Assembly (NCBI GenBank): GCA_965205675.1
Contig: OZ242186.1
Span: 1,088,001 to 1,152,000 of the forward strand
DNA length: 64,000 nucleotides
Direction: 5' to 3'
Source of the DNA: Nitrosopumilus sp.
Lineage (GTDB): Archaea; Thermoproteota; Nitrososphaeria; Nitrososphaerales; Nitrosopumilaceae
The notes beneath the pieces were generated by a model. That model ran no database searches, was not told the DNA's origin, and saw nothing but the letters and a program-made list of their open reading frames with translations. The translations under genes and the position numbers were made by a program. Positions 31,461 to 42,098 of the stretch are shown piece after piece; the stretch's first letter is position 1, and every line of letters begins with the position of its first letter.

Positions 31461-31610
31461 TTAGTCTTTTTCCTTTCCGTCTTTTTTATTTTTGTCCGGT
31501 TTATCCCACATGTGCATTGTACCTCTAATCATAAATGATCCTACAATTATGGCAACTAATCCTCCCACTATGAATAAAAAGAATTTTCCAATATCTTTGA
31601 TGCTTGCCAC
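31461..31610 (-). CDS. small membrane protein (49 aa)
   Basis: GTG start, one TM, charged tail. Confidence 0.5.
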   Translation of the reverse strand: MASIKDIGKFFLFIVGGLVAIIVGSFMIRGTMHMWDKPDKNKKDGKEKD

Positions 31611-31693
31611 ATTGTTATCTCTATGTTTGTCTAATTATAATTGTCTGAGACAGACAATTAGATTCAATAATGAGTTTAAAGAATTCTTATCAA

Positions 31694-31792
31694 ATGTCTA
31701 AAATTAAGCAAATCGCTGCTTGGATTGCAATCATCGGTGGCGGAATAGGCTTTTTCTTCGTCTCTATTGAAATGGCTGAATTCATGCGATAA
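31694..31792 (+). CDS. small membrane protein (32 aa)
   Basis: MSKIKQIAAWIAIIGGGIGFFFVSIEMAEFMR. Confidence 0.5.
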   Translation: MSKIKQIAAWIAIIGGGIGFFFVSIEMAEFMR

Positions 31793-31830
31793 TATGAAAA
31801 CTAAATACAATCAATTTTAAAATATTATTT

Positions 31831-32271
31831 ATGATTACTGAAGAAATTAAGGATTTTTTGAATTTACAAAAACTAGGTTATGTTGCAACTGTTTCATCTG
31901 ATGGCAAACCCAACCTTTCTCCTAAAGGGACTATAATTGGATGGACTTCAAAAATTTTGGCTTTTGCAGATATTCGTTCGCCTGACACTATGAAAAATCT
32001 ACAAAGTATTCCTGATGTTGAAATTAATGTCATTGATCCTATTCTTCGTAAGGGGTACTTGTTTCAAGGCAAATCTAGAATTCTTGAAGAGGGTACTTTG
32101 TTCCAAGAGATACTATGTCATTATAGGCAAAAAGGAGTCAAGAGTCAGATAAATTCAATTGTTCTTGTAGATGTTTCTTTTGTCTCTCTTGTAACTTCAC
32201 CTTTGTATGATCTTGGTATTTCAGAAGATGAAATAAAATCAAAATGGCAAAAACGCTTTGTAGATTTATGA
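31831..32271 (+). CDS. pyridoxamine 5'-phosphate oxidase family protein
   Basis: VATVSSDGKPNLSPKG. Confidence 0.88.
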   Translation: MITEEIKDFLNLQKLGYVATVSSDGKPNLSPKGTIIGWTSKILAFADIRSPDTMKNLQSIPDVEINVIDPILRKGYLFQGKSRILEEGTLFQEILCHYRQKGVKSQINSIVLVDVSFVSLVTSPLYDLGISEDEIKSKWQKRFVDL

Positions 32272-33045
32272 TTTATTTGGTGATTGTGTAGTTTGTCTGA
32301 GATTCTCCAAGTCTTTTTTTGTATTTTCATGTTCTCTTCTTTCTTTTTCTAATAATGTCTGAACTGTTTCCAATTCTCTTAGGGTTGTGTTGAGTTTTGA
32401 TTTTAAAGATCCTACTACAGCACTTGCGGCCTCTATGATTCCTGCAGAACTTTTTTGATTTGCTTTATCTGCACCTATGAATTCTTTCTCAGATGGGGTT
32501 AAAATACTGGCATCTTCAAAAGTGTCTTTTTTATTTAGTTCTTCTTTTGCATTATATAATCTAGAGTTTGCCCCCTCTAATTCTTTTTCAACTTCTACTT
32601 GCTGTTTTTTGATATTGTGTAATGTTGCTTGTTCTTGTGCTATCTGTTCTTTGATTTTTTCGCATTTTTTTGTAAATTCATCTAACTCTTCTTTAATTTT
32701 TGAATGTTCTCCTTTTGTCTTGTTGAATTGTTCTACGGATTTTGCGTCTTTGATTAATTCTGATTTTTTGTTTCTTTCTTCAATTTCTTTATGCTTGCGT
32801 TGAATTATATCCAATTCCATTTTTTTTTGATTAAATTCTTTTTTTACTAACATTAGACTGCTAACTGTTGAATCATATTCTTCTTTTACAGATGTGATTT
32901 TTTGTGTAATTTCGTCTAATTTTCTTTGTTTTTCTCTAGATTCTTCTTGTATTTTTTCTATTTTTGTCTCAAGTTCTGTTTTCAGAGTTATTTCTTCTTT
33001 CTCATCTACAGTTTTTTCTACTTTCTTTTTACCAAAAAATCCCAT
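32266..33045 (-). CDS. coiled-coil protein
   Basis: K/E-rich heptads; GIIEAASAVVGSLKSKL. Confidence 0.75.
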   Translation of the reverse strand: MGFFGKKKVEKTVDEKEEITLKTELETKIEKIQEESREKQRKLDEITQKITSVKEEYDSTVSSLMLVKKEFNQKKMELDIIQRKHKEIEERNKKSELIKDAKSVEQFNKTKGEHSKIKEELDEFTKKCEKIKEQIAQEQATLHNIKKQQVEVEKELEGANSRLYNAKEELNKKDTFEDASILTPSEKEFIGADKANQKSSAGIIEAASAVVGSLKSKLNTTLRELETVQTLLEKERREHENTKKDLENLRQTTQSPNKS

Positions 33046-33084
33046 ATCTGTACACCCTGACTTTTTCCAAAAGATGAACCTTTC

Positions 33085-33285
33085 TTATGTCTTTTTTATT
33101 TGCCCTCTGAAAAATTTAAGATAGAATCCAATACTGCCAATAATTGTGCCTCCAATTATTGACATTGTGCCTAACTCACGCATATCTTGGTAGATATTTG
33201 GTGCAAGAAATAACAATAATGCTCCTAGTATAATTAATGCAAATCCTCCACTGTTTTTTGATCTGTTATGTTCTCCGTGAACCAT
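33085..33285 (-). CDS. small 2-TM protein
   Basis: Directly after lysS, hydrophobic. Confidence 0.7.
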   Translation of the reverse strand: MVHGEHNRSKNSGGFALIILGALLLFLAPNIYQDMRELGTMSIIGGTIIGSIGFYLKFFRGQIKKT

Positions 33286-33287
33286 GA

Positions 33288-34877
33288 TCAGATGTACTCT
33301 GAGAGTGTTTTTGCTACTTGTTTTCGTCCGATATCTGAAATGAATGGTCCTATTTTTGGCCCTTTAGATGTCCCAAGTATGATTTGGTATAATATTTTAA
33401 AGAAATCTTTTGGCTGCATGCCATTTGATTTTGCAATTTGGTATATTGTATTTTGAATGTCTTCTAGTTCTGAGTCTCCTCCCAACACGTCTACAAGTAA
33501 TTTTAGTGCCTTTTTTGCAGTTTCATCTAAATCTATTTTTATTTTTTCTTGTTCATTAAATTCATTTGAATAATTGCCTGCAAGTTCTATGAGTTTTTCT
33601 ATTTCTGTTTCTGGTGATTTGATTACCCTGTAATCTAATAATTTCTTCATTATTCTTTCAGTTCTATTTTCTTTGAATATTTTTGCCAATTCAATTAATA
33701 ATCTATAGTTTACATGTGTGCTTGATTGTTTTGGTGGATTTAAGAGATTTACATATTCATATAATCCTTTAGATTTTATCAACTTTGCTTGATTCTCTAC
33801 TTTGATTCGTTCAAAGTAAATGTCTTCTAATTCATTATATTCGTTCATAAGCGATGGAATATCATCAAATCCTAATTCTCTTGCACCTGTAATTCTTTTG
33901 TAAAGTAATAGTAAGATTGATTTTGGACTACCAAACTCTAACCATTTTTGTGCAGTAATTACATTTCCTAATGATTTTGAAATTTTCTTTCCCCCTTTAT
34001 CAAGAAACATTTCATATTTTACATGGTGTGGATGTGGGAACTCTAAAATTTCATCTGCTACCCAATCATTTACTTTGACTGAGTCCATGATGTCTTTTCC
34101 ATATGCTTCAAATCTAATATCAAATGCAGTCCATCTTGCTGCAAATTCTACTTTCCATGCTAATTTTCCCAGGTCTTTTCTAATATCTGCCTCTCCTGTG
34201 TGACCACATCCTTTGACTCTCTTTGAGCTAATTTCCGCATCATGACAAGTGTACTTTACTTTCTTTTCATCTGTAATGTATTCTGAGGCTTCTGCAGTAT
34301 AGAGACGATTACAATTTGCACATACTGGAAAATATGGCAAGTATTTTTGATATTTTTCTTGTCCCACAAGTTCTGAGATTTTATCTCCAATTTTTGTACT
34401 GTTTGCTAGGATTGTGTGGATTTGTTCTTTTAGCAATCCTTGCTCGTACGTGTCTTTTGCTCTTCTAAATTCATATTTTATTCCAACTTTGTCTAATCCA
34501 TCCAGTAAAATACTACTCATATGCATCCCATACGAATCATGACAACCGTAAGGATCTGGAATTAATGACACTGGTTTTGCAATATGTTCTTCTAATCCAA
34601 ACTCTTGCATTCCTTCTGGAATTTTCCGTAGTCCGTCTAAATCATCTGAATATGCTATCAATTCTGATTTATATCCTAAATTTTCTAATGCTAGTTTAAC
34701 ACCATATGCTCTAACTGCATCTCCTAAACTTCCAATGTGTGGTATTCCTGATGCGCCCAATCCACTTTCTACTCGGAGTGTATCTGTATTTCTACCAAGA
34801 ATTTTTTCACGTTTTAATAATTCTGAAGCTAATTTATCAATCCAAGTTCCTTTTCCAATAATTTTCTGCTCCATCAT
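33288..34877 (-). CDS. lysS: lysyl-tRNA synthetase, class I
   Basis: SGIPHIG, KISKS, GPKIGPF. Confidence 0.96.
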   Translation of the reverse strand: MMEQKIIGKGTWIDKLASELLKREKILGRNTDTLRVESGLGASGIPHIGSLGDAVRAYGVKLALENLGYKSELIAYSDDLDGLRKIPEGMQEFGLEEHIAKPVSLIPDPYGCHDSYGMHMSSILLDGLDKVGIKYEFRRAKDTYEQGLLKEQIHTILANSTKIGDKISELVGQEKYQKYLPYFPVCANCNRLYTAEASEYITDEKKVKYTCHDAEISSKRVKGCGHTGEADIRKDLGKLAWKVEFAARWTAFDIRFEAYGKDIMDSVKVNDWVADEILEFPHPHHVKYEMFLDKGGKKISKSLGNVITAQKWLEFGSPKSILLLLYKRITGARELGFDDIPSLMNEYNELEDIYFERIKVENQAKLIKSKGLYEYVNLLNPPKQSSTHVNYRLLIELAKIFKENRTERIMKKLLDYRVIKSPETEIEKLIELAGNYSNEFNEQEKIKIDLDETAKKALKLLVDVLGGDSELEDIQNTIYQIAKSNGMQPKDFFKILYQIILGTSKGPKIGPFISDIGRKQVAKTLSEYI

Positions 34878-34886
34878 TTCTTTTCA

Positions 34887-36470
34887 CTAGTTCAATGTTT
34901 TAGACATGTATGGCCCATATAACGAATACCCTAATTTTTGATAATATTCTCTTGTCCCTACTGCACTAATCACTAGTAATTTTTTTACATCAAATTCTTC
35001 TTTAGATATTTTTTCTGCTTCTTTCATTAGATTTTTACCCAGTCCGGCGTGCTGAATTTCTTCTTCTGTCTTTTCTCCAAGCTTTAATGATTTTCCATAT
35101 ACATGAATCTCTCTTACTATGCATGTATTTTGATTAATTTCATCTCTGTGTGCGTCACTGCTTGGCTTTCTTAATCTTAAAAATCCATAAATTGATTCAT
35201 TCTTATCTTCATACGACAAGAACACTTCTTTTCCTCCTGATGAATTATAATCAATTCTATTTAATTTCAAATCTCTGTTTGTTTTTTCTTTTGTCAGCCC
35301 TGCCTCTCTACATCTGATACATTTACAAGATAATCCCTGTTTGGCAAGATTTTGATGTACGATTTGTCTCAAATTCCCAGATTTTGGACCTGCGATAATC
35401 TCTCCAGGAGATATTTCTCTTTGTACTCTCATAATTCTGACCCATTTTGGAACATTTCTTTTTGCTTCTGTTAGTACATTGATCATGTCTTCATCTGAAT
35501 ATGGCGTGTACTTTCCTTGTTTGTATTCTTCATACAATGGCGTATTTTCAATGACTAGTGATGGATAAATTTTCAGCATGTCTGGACGTAATTGCGGGTC
35601 TGAAAATAACTTTTTAAAATCTGCAACGTCTTCTTCGGGTTTCATGGTGGGCAATCCAGGCATCATGTGTGCCACTAACTTGTAACCGGCATCTTTTGAG
35701 ATTTGAAATGATTCTACTACGTCATTGTAATTGTGACCTCTGTTGACTATTTTGTATACTCTTTCTTGTAATGATTGGACTCCGATCTCTATTCTTGTAA
35801 TTCCATAACTTAACATTAAATCCACGTGCTCTTTTTTGCAATAATCTGGCTTTGTTTCAATGGTAAAACCTACATTTCTTATTATTGCATGTTCATTGTT
35901 GGTTTTTGCTTCTTCTAAATTTTTAGAATCCATTACATTTAATGCATCATAGCATGATTTTATGAAATCTTTTTGATAGTCTTTTGGCATAAATAGAAAT
36001 GTACCCCCCACAATTACAATTTCCATTTTAGATGGGTTGTGACCAAACGCAACTAGTTTTTCAATTTTTGATGCAATTTGTAATTTGGGATCAAACTCAT
36101 TTTGAATTGCATTTAGTGACGACGGTTCTTTTCCGGTATAACTGTTGGGCGAATTAAATTCAATCCCTCCCGGACAATATGTACACCGTCCATGGGGACA
36201 AGCATATGGTTTGGGCATTAATGCTACTATGGATACTCCTGATGCTGTTTTTGCAGGTTTCCGCATTAACACTTTTTTTAGTTTATCAAAATCTGATTCT
36301 TTTACCATTGATAATATTTCATAATTTTTAGGAATTCTTTCCAATGCATATTTTGTACAGATTTTTATGATTTCTTCTCTTACTTGTTTTTTACTTGGTT
36401 CTTGAATTGTTAAAAGATTTTGTGTGATTTCATCACATGCTTTTAAAATAACAGGGTCAAGCTTGTTCAT
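34887..36470 (-). CDS. elp3: Elp3 tRNA U34 acetyltransferase (radical SAM + GNAT)
   Basis: CPHGRCTYC, ETKPD, QHAGLG. Confidence 0.95.
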   Translation of the reverse strand: MNKLDPVILKACDEITQNLLTIQEPSKKQVREEIIKICTKYALERIPKNYEILSMVKESDFDKLKKVLMRKPAKTASGVSIVALMPKPYACPHGRCTYCPGGIEFNSPNSYTGKEPSSLNAIQNEFDPKLQIASKIEKLVAFGHNPSKMEIVIVGGTFLFMPKDYQKDFIKSCYDALNVMDSKNLEEAKTNNEHAIIRNVGFTIETKPDYCKKEHVDLMLSYGITRIEIGVQSLQERVYKIVNRGHNYNDVVESFQISKDAGYKLVAHMMPGLPTMKPEEDVADFKKLFSDPQLRPDMLKIYPSLVIENTPLYEEYKQGKYTPYSDEDMINVLTEAKRNVPKWVRIMRVQREISPGEIIAGPKSGNLRQIVHQNLAKQGLSCKCIRCREAGLTKEKTNRDLKLNRIDYNSSGGKEVFLSYEDKNESIYGFLRLRKPSSDAHRDEINQNTCIVREIHVYGKSLKLGEKTEEEIQHAGLGKNLMKEAEKISKEEFDVKKLLVISAVGTREYYQKLGYSLYGPYMSKTLN

Positions 36471-36526
36471 AAATGATCATTTTGATTTGGACATAAATTC
36501 GTTAAATAATTTGATATATTTCGTAT

Positions 36527-36877
36527 CTATCGACGCCTAGATATCCTTCTTTTGGCTATCTTTTTAGCGGGTTTTCTCTTTACTACCTTTTTCTTTACTA
36601 CCTTTTTCTTTACTACCTTTTTCTTTACTATAATCTTTTTAGCGGGTTTTCTCTTTACTACCTTTTTCTTTACTACCTTTTTCTTTACTACCTTTTTCTT
36701 TACTATAATCTTTTTAGCGGGTTTTCTCTTTACTACCTTTTTCTTTACTACCTTTTTCTTTACTACCTTTTTTACCATATTTTCTTTGATATTTTTTAAT
36801 TCGTTTAGTTCTAATTGGATTTTTTTAATCTCTTCAATCATTTCTTTTTTAAATAATTCATTGCTTATTTCGGACAT
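36527..36877 (-). CDS. Lys/Val-rich (KKKVV) basic repeat protein
   Basis: 15-bp repeats nested in 75-bp repeats; N-terminal coiled coil. Confidence 0.7.
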   Translation of the reverse strand: MSEISNELFKKEMIEEIKKIQLELNELKNIKENMVKKVVKKKVVKKKVVKRKPAKKIIVKKKVVKKKVVKKKVVKRKPAKKIIVKKKVVKKKVVKKKVVKRKPAKKIAKRRISRRR

Positions 36878-36941
36878 GAGTTAAACTAGAGAATTTTCTG
36901 TGTAATTTAAGACTTTTTGAGAATCTATTCTGTTCTTATAT

Positions 36942-38180
36942 CTATACAGTGTTTTCTGTAGATGGATCTCCTTCTCGTTTTTGTTCTTTTCTATATTCCA
37001 TCTTTAACCATATTGGAGTAATAATTGTTGTAACTGCCACCATTATTACAATTGTAGAATATACGGATGTTGATAGAACTCCTGCTGTTACGCCCACGCC
37101 GGCCACAATCAACCCGACTTCCCCTCTAGAAATCATTCCTATCCCTACTCTCATTCCTTGTGCCTTGCTTTTCAAAAAGAACATGGCAGGTAGTCCACAT
37201 CCAAATAACTTTGTTACGATTGCTATTACAATAATTGCTCCACTTAGTATCAGAATATTCAAATCTACTGCTCTTAGATCTACTTGCGCTCCAATTATTG
37301 CAAAGAATAATGGTGCAAAAATCAATCCTATTTTGCCAATAAAGTTCTCTACTTTCTCAAATACTTTGGTAGTTGACAAAGCCATTCCTACTGCAAATGC
37401 ACCTACAATCGGTGAAAGTTCTAAGAGTCCGGCTACTGCTGCAGCACCAAAGAACGCTGCAGTAGCTATCCCTTCCACACTGCCTTTTGCTTTCCACAGT
37501 CTTGGTGTGATTACTTTTGGAATTATTATAACGGCTGTAATCAGCATTATTGCAAAGAATCCTAATACTTTCAAAATTGTTACTGTTACTTCAGTAATGT
37601 CTATGCTCTCAACTCCTCCATCTGAACCAGTAATGGATATTACTACTGACAAGACTGCAATTGCTAAAATATCATCTACCACTGCTGCTCCAATTATCAA
37701 TCTAGCTTCGGGAGTTTTGATTTTTCCAAATTCGTTTAACACTTGAATTGAAATTGCAATACTTGTGGCAGTAAGTGCTGTTGCAATCAACATTGATTCT
37801 AATGCCTCAAATCCAAATATCCCAAATACTGCCAATCCTGCAAAAAATGGGACTATTACTCCCAATGTTCCTACTGTAAATGATGCTTTACCTCCTCTGA
37901 GAAATTCTTTCGGCGTCATTTCCAATCCGGCCATAAACAAAATAACAATTGCTCCCATCTCCCCTAAAATTTTGATTTCATCATTGATGTGTAACACTTG
38001 TTTGCCATCGATTACAAAAAATTGTCCTAATGCAAATGGACCTATGATCATACCTGCAAGTAATTCTCCTAATACAATTGGAAGTTTTAATCTGAGGAAA
38101 AGTTCTGCCATTAATTTAGCCGCAAATAAAAGTATGCCTACGCCTATGATTGTTTCAATGAAATGCGCCTCTGCTGCCAT
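36942..38180 (-). CDS. CPA2 cation:proton antiporter
   Basis: GELLAGMIIGP, AAVVDD, GMISRGEV. Confidence 0.92.
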   Translation of the reverse strand: MAAEAHFIETIIGVGILLFAAKLMAELFLRLKLPIVLGELLAGMIIGPFALGQFFVIDGKQVLHINDEIKILGEMGAIVILFMAGLEMTPKEFLRGGKASFTVGTLGVIVPFFAGLAVFGIFGFEALESMLIATALTATSIAISIQVLNEFGKIKTPEARLIIGAAVVDDILAIAVLSVVISITGSDGGVESIDITEVTVTILKVLGFFAIMLITAVIIIPKVITPRLWKAKGSVEGIATAAFFGAAAVAGLLELSPIVGAFAVGMALSTTKVFEKVENFIGKIGLIFAPLFFAIIGAQVDLRAVDLNILILSGAIIVIAIVTKLFGCGLPAMFFLKSKAQGMRVGIGMISRGEVGLIVAGVGVTAGVLSTSVYSTIVIMVAVTTIITPIWLKMEYRKEQKREGDPSTENTV

Positions 38181-38426
38181 CTTCTCTCTTAATTGATGAA
38201 AAATCTGTCATATAAGGTGATACTAGATCGAAAATTATTTTGTTGTTGTTAAATTAAATCGTTCCAGATATAGAGTTATTATTCAGATCAGGAAAAATTC
38301 TGATATGGGATTCAAAAAAAGGCATTAACAAATGTGTAGAATATGAGAAGAAAATGAAAAAAGATCCTAACAAAACGGCATGTGTAGCAAATGCTGCTCA
38401 GTCCAAGATCGTATTGAATCAACGTT

Positions 38427-39311
38427 CAACTCATCTCAAAACCCTACAACACATCAAAATAATGCAATGTTATCTAACCCAAGATAATTTTCTGCCTACT
38501 CTTTCATATCTGATTGCGGTTCTTGCAGAATCCACACTTGAGCCATGCAAAGAATCTCTCCACAACATAACGAATCGTGTTATATTTTTTGCATGATTTA
38601 TTTTTTGCATGATTTATTTTTTATTGCTCCAGTATTATTTTTTCTAAGTGGAATATAGGGATTGATGTTTCTGTTTCTCAAATAATTTCTAATTGATTTT
38701 GCATCATAACCTTTGTCTGCATAAACTGAAACAATTTCCCTCACCATCTACAAAATCAGAGATGTTTTCTATTACATCAGCTAATTTTGTGGAATCATGG
38801 AATATTTGCAGAATCCATTGCAATAGATATCGGTAAACCGTTTTGTTCTACTGCAACATGAATTTTTGTGCCTGTAATCTCTTTGAAACCATCTCTTCTT
38901 ATATCGTTACCCCTTTTTTGCAGCAACCCTTGAGGAGTAAGCTGGTACTTTTTGTGAATTAATCTTACCAGATGAGTAAGCTGGTTTTATTGCAGATTTT
39001 AGAATATTTCATCCATATTCCTCTTTGTTGCCATCTGTTTAATCTTTTAATTTGCAGTATTCATCACCATACTTTTTTGGCATGTCATCCCATCTACACC
39101 CAGTAGTTAGGACGTAGATTATTCCATTGATGATTTTTCTATCTTCATCTCTCAGTCTGTCTGTTTTTGTAGGTGAAGGAACATGTAGTTCTGATATTTC
39201 CGTTGTTTGTTTGTCAATTCTTGATATTTTACGGACTAGCTTGACTGTGATTGTTCATAGATCCAAATGATCATCAATCATTTACTAAATGAACTGTTTT
39301 GAGATGAGTTG
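38427..39311 (-). mobile_element. degraded IS5-family (IS427-like) element
   Basis: 16-bp TIR CAACTCATCTCAAAAC; INGIIYVLTTGCRWDDMPKKYG, YADKGYD fragments. Confidence 0.8.
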
Positions 39312-39428
39312 TTTATACAAAGAATTAATCAATGAGATGCGTCCTTAATCAAGTCTTGATTTGCTAGCAGACTTTATTTTTGACTAAAATAATTTTATGT
39401 GTAAATTAAATCAAAAATAATCCTTTTG

Positions 39429-39578
39429 TTATCTTTGCGTGTTTTCTGTTATTTTTTTTAATTCAGAAAGAATCAAAACCAATATCTCCTTCTCGCTTAA
39501 TTTCAAAAGTTCTGTTGTTTCTTCTTCTGTAAATTTGATTTCTTCATTTATTTTTTCATATGTTTTAAGATCAACCAT
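39429..39578 (-). CDS. small hypothetical protein (49 aa)
   Basis: MVDLKTYEKINEEIKF...EILVLILSELKK. Confidence 0.45.
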   Translation of the reverse strand: MVDLKTYEKINEEIKFTEEETTELLKLSEKEILVLILSELKKITENTQR

Positions 39579-39739
39579 GTATCAAAACAAGTTACAGGAT
39601 TTATTAAATTTATCAATAATTGATTCAGCATAGATTTCTAATCAAAAAATATCATAGTTTCTAATCTCAAGTGTTGTTTTTGAGTATTTTTTGAGTTTTT
39701 ACTATACAATTTTTGTAGAATTTACAAAAAACAAAGGAA

Positions 39740-39922
39740 TTGCATAATACAAAAAAATACAAAGATAAAAATAATAAACCACTTTTAAGGATTGATTGTT
39801 TGCTTGTTGTGTATTTTCAGCACAATAATGAGGTCATAGTTACAACTAATGACGGTTTGTTAAATCAAACCATAATTGGTTTAGGTGGAAAAACATGTAC
39901 ATTTTTTGATATGATTACATAG
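39740..39922 (+). pseudogene. possible PIN-domain C-terminal remnant
   Basis: IDCLL...VIVTTND..L pattern. Confidence 0.3.
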
Positions 39923-40147
39923 AAATTTGATTGTGTAACATTTTAAAAAACATACTATCATCGTATCATATTTAGAACATTGAATGTGAGACCTGCCTCT
40001 GAATTTGTATTTCTATGTGGCAATTTCACATATGGCTTTAATTGCTTATAATGTTCATTTGTGGTTTTTCGCCATTTGAATCAATCTTTGAATAATCCCT
40101 TTATTTTGAATAGTAATATTCATCTTTGATTATGTTATACCTTATAC

Positions 40148-40339
40148 ATGACTCCGAAGATCAACTGTCCTAATTGCCAACAAAAGGAATGGCTTGAAAA
40201 TAACGAGCTAAGCTACCTCCCAACGGTTATGAAAATGGATGACGACAAGTATGCTGCTGATACCAATAATGGTGTTCATGTTAGACTGTGGCGATGTAAC
40301 AATTGCATGTATCTTATGCAATTTTGGGAACCTGATTAA
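40148..40339 (+). CDS. small zinc-ribbon protein
   Basis: CPNC ... CNNC. Confidence 0.75.
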   Translation: MTPKINCPNCQQKEWLENNELSYLPTVMKMDDDKYAADTNNGVHVRLWRCNNCMYLMQFWEPD

Positions 40340-40450
40340 TTCAAAACCAATGTAATTCTTACAATATATTTTATTTTTTTATCAATTAATTTGAAGAAAA
40401 ATTTTAGATGATCAAAATGTAAATAAACAATACGTTATTTACTTTAAGGA

Positions 40451-41500
40451 ATGGCAGGAAAAACTAAAGCAAGTACTAAAAAAGATCTTCAAGTCAAAAT
40501 CGCAAATCTTGAAGCCAAAATAGCTAAATTGTCAACACAGCTTGAAGTTAAACCAGCTGAAAAACCTGCAGAAACTAAACCAGCTGAAAAACCTGTAGCA
40601 ACTACCAAACCAAAAGGTACACTGCCTAAAGGAATGGGCACAAAACCTGCAGAAACTAAACCAGCTGAAAAACCTGTAGCAACTACCAAACCAAAAGGTA
40701 CACTGCCTAAAGGAATGGGCACAAAACCTGCAGAAACTAAACCAGCTGAAAAACCTGTAGCAACTACCAAACCAAAAGGTACACTGCCTAAAGGAATGGA
40801 TGCAAAACCTGCAGAAACACCAAAACCATCTGAAACTACATCACAGCCTCCCGCAACTGTACAAGACGCATTAGAGAATGCATACATGACTGCTGCAATG
40901 ACTGATTTCCATCAGTACAGAGCCAAAGTCACAGGTTATTCTCCAGCTCCTAACAGATACTTTGTTAGATTAACTGCTCCTGTAGGAAAAGTTCCAACTA
41001 CAAACTGGAATGATCAAAAATCAACAGTGACTGGTTACACAGCAGTCTCAAACCAGTACTATGCAACAAGAGCAAGACTAGCATATCATCCATCTGATAA
41101 AACATTTGGAAGTTTTAGTGGAGTCAATATGTCAGTTGAAGGTGCAAGTGCACAAACTCAAACACAACAAGCACCACCTCCAGAACCACCAAAACCTGCA
41201 AAAGGCACTCTTCCAAAAGGTATGGCGCAAACACAACAGGCACATCCTCAGCAACAATCAACATATCTCACAAATGATGGAAAATCTAGAGACGAAAAAC
41301 TAGCCGACTATGAAGCAGATTACTTGCAAAGATTAGAACAACAAAAGATAGATGAAGAAAAAGCCTTTCAAGAATTACTTGAAACAGAAGCTAAAGCACA
41401 CGCTACAGCCAGTAGAGGTACATTACCCAAAGGATTTGAACCAAAATCTGAATCTGAAGCACCAAAAGCATCTAGAGGCACTCTACCAAAAGGTTTCTGA
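40451..41500 (+). CDS. Pro/Lys/Thr-rich repeat protein, long paralog
   Basis: Three 81-bp tandem units; 6x GTLPKG; two VTGY motifs. Confidence 0.85.
   Translation: MAGKTKASTKKDLQVKIANLEAKIAKLSTQLEVKPAEKPAETKPAEKPVATTKPKGTLPKGMGTKPAETKPAEKPVATTKPKGTLPKGMGTKPAETKPAEKPVATTKPKGTLPKGMDAKPAETPKPSETTSQPPATVQDALENAYMTAAMTDFHQYRAKVTGYSPAPNRYFVRLTAPVGKVPTTNWNDQKSTVTGYTAVSNQYYATRARLAYHPSDKTFGSFSGVNMSVEGASAQTQTQQAPPPEPPKPAKGTLPKGMAQTQQAHPQQQSTYLTNDGKSRDEKLADYEADYLQRLEQQKIDEEKAFQELLETEAKAHATASRGTLPKGFEPKSESEAPKASRGTLPKGF
40723..41221 (+). repeat. 499-bp inverted repeat arm (partner 46648-47146)
   Basis: No mismatch seen by eye. Confidence 0.9.
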
Positions 41501-41530
41501 CCTTTTTACAATCTTTTCTTTTACTTATTT

Positions 41531-41995
41531 TTATTTTGAATTTAGAAATTCTTGTAATACTTCTTTAGAATGTTCTGCAGGTTTTACTTTGGGATATATT
41601 TTGAAGATTTTTCCTTTCTCATTTACAAGGAATGTACTTCTCATAACTCCCATGTACTCTCGACCCATGAATTTTTTCTTACCCCAAACCCCAAACAAAT
41701 TTGAGATTTCTTTGTCTACGTCTGCTAACAGTGTATATTTGATTCCCATCTTGTTACAGAATTTTTTATGAGATTCAACATTATCTGGACTGACTCCTAT
41801 AATTTCTATTCCTTCTTTTTGGAATTTTTTATAGTCTTTAGAAAATCCGTCAGCTTCTGTGGTACATCCGGGTGTAAAATCTTTTGGATAAAAGTAAATA
41901 ACGTGTTTTTTGCCCTTAAAGTCACTTGATTTTACCTTCTCCCCATTTGCATCATTTACTACAAATTTTGGAACAGAATCTCCTTCAGAAATCAT
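41531..41995 (-). CDS. bcp: peroxiredoxin BCP
   Basis: YFYPKDFTPGCTTEA. Confidence 0.93.
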   Translation of the reverse strand: MISEGDSVPKFVVNDANGEKVKSSDFKGKKHVIYFYPKDFTPGCTTEADGFSKDYKKFQKEGIEIIGVSPDNVESHKKFCNKMGIKYTLLADVDKEISNLFGVWGKKKFMGREYMGVMRSTFLVNEKGKIFKIYPKVKPAEHSKEVLQEFLNSK

Positions 41996-42098
41996 GTATT
42001 CTTCATTGGATTGTTCTATAATTAATTACTTTTTGAGATCAGTTGATCAGAAATCTAGGTCGAATCTTTTATATGGATATGCACAAGGCTTTAGCTTG

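Noticed and set aside
36552-36884. F/T-rich + strand ORF
   Set aside because: Reverse complement of the KKKVV repeats; the minus ORF fits the neighbouring gene orientation.
36949-38196. Long + strand ORFs of 265 and 143 aa
   Set aside because: Antisense shadows of the antiporter gene.
38579-38625. Short tandem duplication TTTTTTGCATGATTTA
   Set aside because: Local slippage inside a dead IS; no function implied.
41531-41550. Half-site TTTCTAAATTC of the palindrome (also a degenerate form near 17421)
   Set aside because: Within bcp coding sequence or too degenerate to count.
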